A stretch of 60,000 nt of DNA from Botryllus schlosseri (Eukaryota): assembly GCA_051294905.1 (NCBI GenBank), contig CM119372.1, positions 13,518,001 to 13,578,000 on the forward strand, read 5' to 3'. Made by a program: the position numbers and the translations under genes. The stretch's first letter is position 1, and every line of letters starts with the position of its first letter. Shown here piece by piece: positions 11,167 through 21,953 of the stretch. The notes beneath the pieces were generated by a model. It was not told the DNA's origin. It saw only the letters and a program-made list of their open reading frames with translations, and searched no databases.

Positions 11167-12189
11167 ATGAATCGCCGTTGGGCAAAATCAGCTGCTGCAT
11201 TGATATTGCTTACTATCGTTAGTCTTGCTTATTATTCATACCATGACTCTCAACATACGAATACTCCTGACGACTACAATACTAGGACTGGTGTCCAAAT
11301 TGGTCGTGCCGCCATGGCTTATGATAGCGAAAAGAATCAACGAAATGTGGCAGAAACATTTGGAATCATAGAAAATGAACCGTCTCGTAGTTCAACATCA
11401 AAGGTTATTTATAACAGGGTTGGGAAATGTGGAAGTAGATCTATGTTGAGCCTAATGTCGAAGCTTGCAGGAATCAATGAATTTACTTTGTTTGACTCAC
11501 GGATATCGAATCATACACAAGCGTCATTGAAAGAACGCCTGGAAATTGCTAGGAAAATAAGTACGATGCCTTCTCCCAGTATTTATACAAGACACCTCCA
11601 CTACCTGGACTTCGCGAAGTATGGGGTTGTTCAACCCATGTACATAAACCTTGTCAGGGATCCAATTGATCGTTTCCTGTCACACTACAATTATTTACGA
11701 TATGGTGATAACGTGAAAGCGGTGGGAAGGACCTATACAATGAGCAAGACAGAGAAAGAGATGGACATTAATGATTGCGTACTTGGCAATCACTCATTTT
11801 GTTCAAAGGAGAGACTATTCTACATTATCCCATACTTCTGTGGTCAAGATGTTCAGTGCCAGTCACCAAGTAAAGAGAGTCTACAAAGAGCTAAGATGCA
11901 TCTTCTTCAGAATTACCTTGTAGTAGGTTATCTGGAAGACTTTGCTGGGATGATCTATGTTTTAGAGACACTACTACCCGAGTTCTTCTATGGAGCGTCT
12001 GATTTGTGGAAGCAAATGTCTGATAAAGAAATAAAACGCACCTCGACATTCAAGAAATCTACCCTCAACCGGACTGCTCGTGAGGTTTTGCAGGTGAAGT
12101 TGGAAGAAGAATACGAATTCTATCATTTCGTGAAGCGACAGTTCAAAGCTTCGAAAAATCAGTTGATTTCTGCTGATTACAAGAACTGA
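11167..12189 (+). CDS. UST: Uronyl 2-O-sulfotransferase-like, type II Golgi membrane protein, single coding exon, 340 aa
   Basis: N-terminal TM (AAALILLTIVSLAYY). PAPS 5'-PSB motif YNRVGKCGSRS matches UST rather than HS2ST (YNRVPKT). Also YINLVRDPIDRFLSHY and RLFYIIPYFCGQ. First ATG at 11167. Confidence 0.9.
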   Translation: MNRRWAKSAAALILLTIVSLAYYSYHDSQHTNTPDDYNTRTGVQIGRAAMAYDSEKNQRNVAETFGIIENEPSRSSTSKVIYNRVGKCGSRSMLSLMSKLAGINEFTLFDSRISNHTQASLKERLEIARKISTMPSPSIYTRHLHYLDFAKYGVVQPMYINLVRDPIDRFLSHYNYLRYGDNVKAVGRTYTMSKTEKEMDINDCVLGNHSFCSKERLFYIIPYFCGQDVQCQSPSKESLQRAKMHLLQNYLVVGYLEDFAGMIYVLETLLPEFFYGASDLWKQMSDKEIKRTSTFKKSTLNRTAREVLQVKLEEEYEFYHFVKRQFKASKNQLISADYKN

Positions 12190-12346
12190 TTTGCATATTT
12201 AGAATATACTGCATGATCTAGGTACCGTATAATTCCATAATGGAACAGAAGTGGTCAATTATCTTGCCAACTATATTCATCTTACAGCAAATATTTTGCA
12301 TACAGGTACAATTATACAATTGTATAGTATATTCATATTGAAATGA

Positions 12347-12380
12347 ACCCGAATATTTTCGGCTGACACTCGTCAGGGGT
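12347..12380 (-). ncRNA. Minimal type I hammerhead ribozyme motif
   Basis: Minus strand reads ACCC-CTGACGA-GTGTCAGCC-GAAA-ATAT-TC-GGGT. Confidence 0.7.
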
Positions 12381-12426
12381 AATCGTCAGCAACTAGTGGA
12401 GAATTCTCTGTTAGTTGCTGACGATT

Positions 12427-12460
12427 ACCCCTGACGAGTGTCAGCCGAAAATATTTGGGT
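12427..12460 (+). ncRNA. Minimal type I hammerhead ribozyme motif (UU at cleavage site)
   Basis: ACCC-CTGACGA-GTGTCAGCC-GAAA-ATAT-TT-GGGT. Confidence 0.65.
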
Positions 12461-12636
12461 TCATTTCAATATGAATATACTATTCAATTGTATATTGAAG
12501 TTCTGTACCTCCAAGAAGCTCTTCAGGTACAATTATATTAGCAATTATAAAAATTGAACTAATTTTATAGTTTCTTTGCTGTTTTCTACTAAAGTGGTTC
12601 AGCTCTATGCTCTGTTGTAAGAGGCGGGCCTGAAAC

Positions 12637-14924
12637 CATAGGCGCCGAGTTACGGGGTGGCACAGCCACCCTATGACACACTTATGGGGTGGCGGTCACC
12701 CCATACAAAATGCTCAAAAGCCCACCGTCTGATTTCGAATTCCTATTGTCTGGCCAGTTCGATATGATTAGGGCTGGGCACAATGATTCGAGTACTCGAA
12801 TCTGAATCGAGTAATTATTTTAATGATTCGAGTCGAGTAGTAAAAGACGATTTTTTTCGAGTACTGAAATTATACGCTCATAGCCACCGAAAGATATTTT
12901 ATCAACTAGAATTATGGTTTCGATACTATTTTCCACTGTGGAAGCCTTAAAACCTTGATTGGCCGTATCCCAGCATACTAAACATATAATACAAAGCTAC
13001 TATTGTAACTGGATATACCACATTTCCGAAGTAATGATCCTCCCACAACATTGTCACAATGTGCAATGAAATCGGTAGGGTCGCAAAAATACCAAAGTAT
13101 CTTTAATATGATGTATAACAGGCATTATATTCTTTGTGGTGGCTTAAAAGGTACATATTTGAACTTTGACATAGTATATTCTGTTATGACGTCATAATGA
13201 GTGATACTCGCATACTCGACTCGACTCGAAGCATAATACGTGATTCAGAATCGAATCACTCAGGTATTCGATTTTGCCCAGCCCTAGATACGACATCAGC
13301 CCAACGAGATCATCAGCGCCGTCAATTAGCGAGTCCGTGATAACGCGTAAATGCCAACTATTTACCGGTAACCGGTACGAACGCAGCGCGAATAATTGCT
13401 TCGGCGACGACGACGAACTAGTGCTTAAAACGCCCCAATAAATTGTAATTCATGATAAGTAATCTACAATCGAAGCGACCTCGTTTACGACGTCGATTTC
13501 GACACGCGTGCGCTGAGAAACATCATCTCCTCCTTCGACTAGACGAGCGTATTCACGTTCAACTTCTCGTAATTAAATTATATTTGTTTACAGAATAATT
13601 CTCGAGTTAGTTTCGTGATAGTCTCTTCAATTGGAGCGCGAAATAGGACAGTGTGTTTGTGTATGCCTGCGAATTGAAAGTCAATCCTGCGCATATTCGT
13701 TACTCTAACAAGGCTTTGCTAACTTTTATCGGGAGAAGAAGCAGCTCAAACGTCGTTATAATGAGCAAACAATTGTCGCGATATCAGACTCGGAACCTCA
13801 TTGTGCTGTACGCAAGTTGAGGAATTACTGATTAGATGCGCGCTTTCTCGTTTGCTATCATCTGCAGGCTGTTAATTCTCGTCTGCTTTATACACTCGAT
13901 GTCACTTGTCAGTGTTTGATTTGTTATTAATACTCCGCATTGTGCAGTGCACGGCGTTGAATTACGTTGTCAAATATTGATGCGACACGAGATGCTCGGT
14001 GGCGCAAATTCTGAATTTATTCGATCATTGCTGGACGGACTCTATCGAGCGCAACTAATTCGTATTATCGATGCTGCGTGCTGCAAATTAACGAGAATCA
14101 TTTGTATGCGAAATTGGTCATTTATATCTGATCTGCGCTATCGTCGCTGGTTCGATTTAGCGCGTCCTCATCCTCATGCAGGCATGCCCGCTATAATCTC
14201 TGACATGAACAATCACGTGCACCAGGCGAGGCCTGATATCGTTACCAGCCTGAACTATCGAGCCTACGGCAGGACTGACACATGTGATAATATCGCTGGC
14301 CTAAACTATAGCGTTTGCTACAGGCCTCGCATGATTTGCATGCTATCTCTACTTATGCGATTGCTACGTCACACTGGCTTAAGACTGACAGCGTGAAATT
14401 GAATAACTTTGAATCTGCGCATTTGGCCACGAACAAACTCGAACGGGAGTAATTGATTAGCGTTAGCGCTAATATACGCACATCGGAAGATGTGTGTTAA
14501 GGCCGAGTTATCATAAGATGCGACAGGCCTGAATCACCTGAAATCGGTGCCATTACAGAACAGATTCCACAGCAGACTTCAATCGTATTAATTTGTGAAA
14601 TAGTTCGTCGTCACTGAGGTTGCGTATTCAATTGTTCGCGCGCGTCTGTTGGTGAATAGTTGATATTACAGCGAGATCGAGGAATCGCTAATTTACCGCT
14701 AGACTCGCTGGCGAGATCACGCGAACTTATACGCGTAAATTCGTCAACACGATGAAGCTTGTCCTATCCATGTATAATGGGCATTTACGCATGTACTTAA
14801 CCGTAATATATTGATGCTAACTTGGTAAATTTGAAACAATGTCATCCCCCCCTCCCCTTTTTATTCAAACCCCTCCCTTTTTTCATCTGGCCACCCCATA
14901 TAAAAGTAAAAGTCGGCGCCTATG
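12637..14924. mobile_element. 2.3-kb non-autonomous hAT-like element
   Basis: TIR CATAGGCGCCGA / TCGGCGCCTATG. Perfect TSD CCTGAAAC. CpG-rich interior. Confidence 0.9.
12769..13286 (+). mobile_element. TAGGGCTGGGC hAT MITE nested in 12637-14924
   Basis: Same TIRs as 6880-7295. TSD GATATGAT/GATACGAC (6/8). Confidence 0.88.
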
Positions 14925-16505
14925 CCTGAAACTGTGAATGTCATTTGTCTAAACTCTGCCAATGACTCATATCTCGAGCTTCATATTGTATGACCCTATA
15001 CAATTGATTTTAGATTAAGTATATTTTGATCCAGATTTGCACAATTCAATTCGAATACACATGATTATTCATTGAATTATTAACTTTTTATCTTGTTATT
15101 CTTGCAGTAGGTATTTCCATACGCTTCACATGCAGTATATTACCCATCTCATTCACCTTATGCTGGATCCTGATAGGTGATCAATCTGATGTTTTTTCAA
15201 AACGTGCATTCAATTTGTGCAACAGGATTATTTGTAGTTATGTTATTCAGCTTTTCTGATGTGCCTTATCGATCATAACATATCTTCTTTATCAGATTAT
15301 TTCATGTTATACCTTCTAACGCAGTTATCATTATCTAGATGTGTCGATGTATATTATATATTGGAGCACCTGCATCATCATCCTCTTCTACATTACCGAG
15401 TTCTGTTTTCTGTAAATGTGTTCAATTTCATTTTAAGCATCTATGTTGGATTAAGACAAAAGTAATGAGTGGTGTATTCTTGACAGTTAGCGCCGGGCTG
15501 ATGATCATGGCAGTATAAATATCATGCTGTGTTTTTTCTTGCTCTGATTTCACTGCTGGTAATTTCATGCCATTAATATACCAATTGGTGCTTGATGATT
15601 TTAAAAGCCAGAAGATTATTCTTCATATTTCTACCTCTAACTAGAAGTATTTTATCTAGCTATTATGATTCAAATTTCGCATATTATGTGTCGGCCTTGC
15701 TCATAAGGGAAACTTAACTGCCTGTAATAATATTTTTCAACATGCTCTCAAGCACATAGCATGCAATGGGATTTCATTGAGTCTACTATCATTCCAAATG
15801 AAGGCTAACGTAGAAGAACCTCATTGCTGTATAGTCTTGAGTTCGGTAGGTAGTTTCTAGCCCACTAATAGACATAACTCAGATCAGTATGGCTGCATGA
15901 TACAGTTGTTGTGGATCTCACCCATGGTTGAAATTACAGATTGACGAAATCGAAACACCGCGGATTCGAATAAGATCTATAAATTTTGCTTGAATCGAAT
16001 CACCACTTTTGAATGTTGTTTCATGGACAAAAATATACAACTGAACTTCATTTAGTCCACCGAAGTTAATAGGGATGGGTCTATTTGTATCTTGGCTGAC
16101 TTGGATCAGATTCTGAAAATTTGGCTTGAATCGAACCACCACTTTCCAATATTATTTTCATCAAAATTTACAGCAGCATATTAATCAGTCAAAACGAAAT
16201 TCAAAGCGGTTTGCACAGCGAAAAGCATAGAACTATTGTGTAACATAACGATCATGGGTTGGTCCTGAACTTCCACACACCTTATAGCAGCAAAAATGTA
16301 ACGGCAGGCAGCCCCTCTGAACGCGTAAAGGTAGGAGCTTGGAAGATATTTCTAGCCTGGTTGGAAAGCAAACTATTCTGCCAAAGCCAACTTTGATGCT
16401 TTATTCTTAAAAGACACCGCTATTCCGGCATCATTCCTGACTGCCACAGACTCTCGCACGATATTATCCATCAGATGATCGAGATTTATTTAATATGTTC
16501 AGGGT

Positions 16506-17099
16506 ATCATTGGTTTATTAGCAATTTTTATAAGTTCAATACACCACAAAATGCGACACAATGAAAAGACAGGAAGATGTCGAAGCGACTTGGAGTGGTC
16601 TATGGAATCAGACACCCACCTTGGCCTAGGCGATGTAAAGAGGAGGCATGCACAGTGCACACTGAATAAAAGTAAAGAAGATATTACAGAAAAAGAAAGC
16701 GGCATGTCATGGGAAGCGAGATCGATAGGTCAGTCGTGGTCCGGTAATCTTGAGGATGGACCGTATTTATCTATAGTAATTGCTTGTATTTCGACTTGAA
16801 TGTGGACATGCTCGTCTACTGTCGGATAGCCGGCGGGATACTGTTCCACACATCAGGTCCGGCATATTTGATAGAGCGATGATCTTTTCGGTCGATCATA
16901 TGATATTTGGACGACGTGGACGCGCGTGTGTTGTACTTATGCGCTTTTGATTCTGAGGTAAAGAAGTCATTGAAATATTCGGGGCAACGACCGCAGTGGA
17001 ACTGATACATAAACTTGGCGATTTCTAGTTTCCGCATATCTTCTATGTTTAGGACGCCGAATCTCTTCAGCAGCGACTTGTTGGACGGGCTGCCAGGCC
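16506..17099 (-). mobile_element. 5'-truncated LINE (CR1/L2-like) 3' end
   Basis: ORF2 C-terminus LNIEDMRKLEIAKFMYQF...HKYNTR...GPDVWNSIP, 3'UTR and AATAAA. Highly similar to 39039-39753. Confidence 0.85.
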
Positions 17100-17322
17100 A
17101 GGTAGAAGCAGCATCAGCATGAATGAGCACTGAGCAGTACCGTTGAGTGCCAAAACAATTAATATGCTTTTGTGCAATATCGCGGTTGAAAACAGCCCTT
17201 GAGCGCGAGATCACCTCGTACATAAGTCAGTTACCAGTTGTAAAGTGAGGCGCAAACTCTATGTACTTTGCGACCAGGACCGTAACTACCTCACCCCCAA
17301 AACCTCAATTGATATGATATAG

Positions 17323-18141
17323 CAGGGGTAGCCAACCTTTTTGCTATTCACGGCCGCATTTCGATTACCTAACGGCCGCGTTCCGGAACATAGCCGTATA
17401 ATGAACCAAGCGGACGCCAAACACCCATGTTAAACTGTCCATGTTTATTTCCAGTGAAATCCGGACTTTCTCATATCGGCTTACTATACGCACCGAAATG
17501 GCGAGTGGCCATGTTGTGAATAATTACTGAGATATGTTATGGATTTTTTTTTTTAGATTCAGAAATGAATTTCGTCATTACTATTGGTGGATTCTAATAG
17601 TGCCATCAAATATTTATCCTTTATCAGCCCATGTGATCAGATTCATTGGTGGATTTGATGGAGGTAGTGTCTTCGAAAATTTAGGGCGAAAGTTACACAT
17701 TATGATCCATCTTTGGGTGGACCAATTGTTATTATTAGTCACTTTGTTGCAAGATATTATTTCTTGTCCTCCCATCAGGATTGTCGGTAGGCTATATTGG
17801 AAATATAATGGAATCGGCTATAAGCCTAAACGTACCAGAAACAGATTTCAAGCATGGTCATTCTAAATGGGGCGTATCATTTTCCTCTGCTGTTCGCATC
17901 TGCACTGTGGGGCTCAGATTGCAAAGGGCGATACCATATTAAAATCGACAAATGAAGTGTAGCATTGAATCGCTCATAGCGCGGAGAAAATTTCAAGATG
18001 AATTAAATTCTCTCAAAAATTCGGGAGTCTATTCGTAAATTCAATTTGCCTGTTGACGGCCGCCAACGCATAGCCTACTAATTAAAGTACTAGTCACGGC
18101 CGCACAAATTTCCTTCTACGGCTGCAGGTTGCCCACCCCTG
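17323..18141. mobile_element. hAT (Charlie-like) non-autonomous element
   Basis: TIR CAGGGGTAGCCAACCT / AGGTTGCCCACCCCTG with GGCCGC subterminal motifs. TSD degenerate. Confidence 0.7.
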
Positions 18142-18149
18142 CTCTATAT

Positions 18150-18870
18150 ACTCTCACTCTTGTCGCTATATATTTACTTGCTGAGAAGCTGCGACACCGC
18201 TGTATTCCAGACGTCATTGTTGCATCACAATTAGGGTTACCATACGTCCTCTTTTAAGAGGATTTGTCCATTTTTGAAAGTGTCCTCGGAGGACGCCCAA
18301 ATGTCCTCTCTTTTGAGATTTTGGTGAAATATAGAGGAAATTCGACTGTGATACAGTAAATCGATCAGCACTGAAGTAACGCTCCGGAGGCTATTTCGGT
18401 AGCTGAGTCGGAAAGTTTACTTTTTTTTGTCAACCAACTAATATTGTGAAAGAAAAACTATATTTTAGGAGCTGAGCTAGAAAGTTGACCTTTTTTTAGT
18501 CAACCGACCACGAGGTGCAAAAATTTACCATCGTTTCAGGATTTTCCTCCGGTATCGCAATTCTGAAAATTCTGAAAAAGTGCATGTCCTCTTTTCATAT
18601 TTCCAAAATATGCTAACTCTAATCACAATGCAAAATTCGAGGCTGGTTTATGGGGGTTCAAGCAGAATAAAATTTATATTTTCGTAATCAGTACCGTGGT
18701 ATAGTTTTCGATTGATAACAAATTTATCAAATTTCACATTCGGCAATGCCAGTCTAAATGGTGGAGTAAATTGCCTTTGGTTAAATGGAAAGAATGATTT
18801 AATCCATCGCAGTGAGCCGTGCGATTTGTCTGTGTCCACATCCACACCATTGTAGGACACGATATGGTGT
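18150..18870. mobile_element. Arm of the foldback family (paralog of 4487-4877)
   Basis: Shares AAAATTCGAGGCTG...GCAGAATAAAATTTATATTTTCG...GTGAGCCGTG with the 4487-4877 and 31010-31210 copies. Interrupted by 18232-18621. Confidence 0.65.
18232..18621 (-). mobile_element. TAGGGTTACCATA hAT MITE (GAGGACA repeats)
   Basis: TIR TAGGGTTACCATA / TATGCTAACTCTA. Perfect TSD ATCACAAT. Confidence 0.9.
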
Positions 18871-19187
18871 CTGTAGGAGATCCCTGTTATCGTCCAACCA
18901 TGAAATGTGTATATCTCGTAACCGAGAGACATCCTGTCCTAGAGTAATTTGCCTCTAGTATAAAACTACTGATTCTCTCGAATCAGTAGACTCTTTTGCT
19001 AAACCTACTTGTAACAACGTCTGAAATATATTCGTATGTCCTGTGTAATGTTGGCGTCTTAAGAAGATCTCACCAGGATACAGGATTCCAGGTTAAGTAG
19101 TCAGCCAGCTAAACCTATAATACTTTGGTTATAGCTACTCCCAGGAACATTACCGCTGTATTGTTGCAATGGTACAACGCTACGCAC

Positions 19188-19735
19188 TAGGGATGGTGTG
19201 AACGTGAGGTTCACGTTCGCGTTCTATGTGTGAACCTCAGAAAATTAGAGAATCACGTTCACAAACGAACCCTGGTAAGTTCTGCACTGTGATCCTTTAA
19301 AATATATTACAATTTTTCACGTCGTTATAACATAGTTGGTTGAAATTCTTGGCATTTCAACTTCGGACCACTCTATATGCATGGCAACATAAAAAAATCA
19401 ACACTAAACGAGACCGGACAATGTATTCACAAACGGAAAGCTGGATATTTCGAGCAAACTTTTGTAACGAAGCAAGTAAAATTTTTGAGATTGGCAATAA
19501 GCTTCATGCTCGTTGATTATTTTATGCTGCCGCAGTGTCATGCATAGTGGCCCGAAGTTGAAATGTAAAGAATTTCAACCAAAATTGTTATAATGACGTG
19601 TGAAAAATTGTAATGTATGAAGAAAAGAGTTCACAGTGCGGAACCTACCAAGGTTCGTTTGCGTACCTGAACCTCTAAATTCCGGAGGCTCACACGCAGA
19701 ACGCGAACGTGAACCTCAAGTTCACACCATCCATA
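19188..19735. mobile_element. Long-TIR hAT MITE (GTGAAC repeats)
   Basis: ~200-bp imperfect inverted arms starting TAGGGATGGTGTGAAC. Perfect TSD CTACGCAC. Confidence 0.9.
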
Positions 19736-19786
19736 CTACGCACGTTTATGAAAATGACATATACCTGTGAATTAAGTTCTGATCAA

Positions 19787-20021
19787 CCCACAGCATTGTC
19801 ACAAAGGTCGATGAAATAGGTAGGCCTATGATCGAAAAGATACCAAATTATCTTCAATGTGGTGTAAAATAGGCATTATTTGTGGTCGCAATCTTTCCAC
19901 ATCATTGCATACTGTTACTGCATACTGCGCATTACTGCATACTGAATACTCGACTCGAAGTCGACGAATAATAATCGATTCAGAATCGAATCACTCAGGT
20001 ACTCGATTTTGCCCGGCCCTA
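19787..20021 (+). mobile_element. 3' half of a TAGGGCTGGGC MITE
   Basis: Homologous to 13040-13286 and ends GCCCGGCCCTA. Confidence 0.7.
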
Positions 20022-21910
20022 CTCGTGGTTATTCCTCCTCTACTCTTTTCTTTCAAATTGATATGCAAATATATTATTGATCTTCGCATTGTTTCAACCC
20101 CATCAGATCTCAATTTTAATATTATGTTTGCGTATGCATTGTTTTTAGTATAGCGTAAAACAGAATATATAAAATCAATAGATTCTGTTAATTAAAAACC
20201 AAGAGGAGTCCGTTCAACTAGAAAAGATGACTGATAAAAACCAATGCAATTATTGATTGGGATTATAGGTCAGACAGAATCCCGCTGTAGAGTAATTCAG
20301 TAGTTCGGAGATTACTTGAAAATCGATCAAATCGCAATCAAAGTAAATTTTAGTTGGTGCGTGCCGACCGCGTACGCACTACGCAGTGTCTTTTCAGCCA
20401 CGATAAGAAAAGGACTTTTCTGTGCATACTCCGGATTGTCTGGTTTTGCTTAGATGTTGTACTTTTAAATATGTTCTTTGGCTAAAAGACCTTACTGCGA
20501 CTATGTATCTGAAGTGTACTGAAGCAGAATTGAGTAGCACTAGAAAGAGTCAGTACCAAAGTATCGACCTCTGCACCTTCGACTGATGTTCACTATTCAG
20601 ATGAAGTATTTTAAAAGGCCTCCGCAGCGCAGTTTATGGACCGTTCTCGGGCATGCCACAAAATTTTCATCCCATTACCGGTATGGACTTGTGAGCCAAA
20701 ACGTTTGTGATTTCACACTGGAGTGTCATCGTGGAAGCTGAAATCTTTTTTGTGAGCAAAGTGGTGTGACGGCGTTGATGAGATGACGTTGTTGAGTAGG
20801 CATTGTAAAATTGTTATTCCTTTAAACATAATACAGCTTTCTTCGGTCAAGGAAGTATAACTATCGCTAGATTTTGAGCAAGAAGATTTTAGTCACGTAC
20901 GGTAGCATGAATGAACAGGAATTAAGATGTATAAGGTGCCATTTTCGTCCGCTCTACCGCTAATGTGATCACGGGGGCTGGTAATACTAGCGCTTTTGGT
21001 GCGCAGCACGCTGATAGAAATATACATATAAATCGGGCGTTTGCCGTTCATTCGTGAATTGCGTAATACCGGACTTGGTTCGCTACGGAAAGGGTGTGTG
21101 TATGTGTGCGCCCAAGGCCTTGCAGTAACTTTGTAATGCTCATTCGTCTTTTGACGGGGAGATAGCGTAGCGGTGACGATAAGCGCCTACGAATCGGGCG
21201 GCTCCGGTTCCATTCCCGTCGGAGGTTCATCCGGGCTCGCCTCTTCCCCGCCGTCGCCGTTCTTACGAAAGAAAGCACTTACAAGGAATGGAAAGAACTA
21301 GAAAGGGCTGCGGCTTCGAAAAGATCAATATCGAAAAGAACTGTTACTTCGGGCACTCTGGGCCGAGGAGGATGTCAGTCTATAAAGATCGCAACTGCGT
21401 GTCGTTCGATATCCTCCTATCTGTTCATTACATCGCATTGTGTCTTATCGCATTGTGTGTGACTTTTTCAGATGAAAAATATAACCCAACGATTATATTT
21501 ATTGTTGTTGTGGAATGACTTCATTCAAGCGCACCCCCATTCTGCAATCCTTTGCGTATCCACGTGGCCGTGTCAATTCCATGCTACTGAGTTGTAGCGC
21601 GTCTCAGTTTTTCTCTGGGCTTTTAATGTAGCCTACTGCACACTGCACAGTCGCAGTGCGATGTCCATCGGACGGACGAACGTAGAAACCAAGCATGTAC
21701 GATGTCGATGTCGTATGTCACTTATCCTGTTTCAGTGTGTGCGAATACTCATGGTTTGTCCTCCCCGATGATATACCGATCGGCCTGTGGGCAATAATGA
21801 CAGGCTTCTAAAATCTTCAGTTATTATAAAAACTAGAGCACTTTCTGACACTGTTTCAGTTTTTAATTATTATATACTAAATCATTAATATTGTATGATA
21901 TCAATCCATC

Positions 21911-21953
21911 ATGAAGGTATTCAGAGCAGCTAAGATCTTTGCGATTATTTCAG
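21911..21953 (+). CDS. nAChR alpha exon 1 (signal peptide)
   Basis: [14 protein letters not shown]. Phase-1 donor G|GTACGG matches exon 2. Confidence 0.75.

Larger units (their letters stand above)
12317..12523 (+). mobile_element. 207-bp Penelope-like hairpin element with two opposed hammerhead motifs
   Basis: ~83-bp near-perfect inverted arms (12313-12395 / 12412-12494), a ~30-nt unpaired 3' tail, and a 14-bp direct repeat CAGGTACAATTATA at 12303-12316 and 12524-12537. Confidence 0.8.

Noticed and set aside
16816..17223. 135-aa ORF as a host-LINE fusion gene
   Set aside because: Read-through from flank into a truncated LINE whose end is frameshifted; no splice or homology support.
20960..21300. 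GC-richer patch as nAChR promoter with an RE1/NRSE site
   Set aside because: Position is plausible but I found no convincing RE1 or other motif match.
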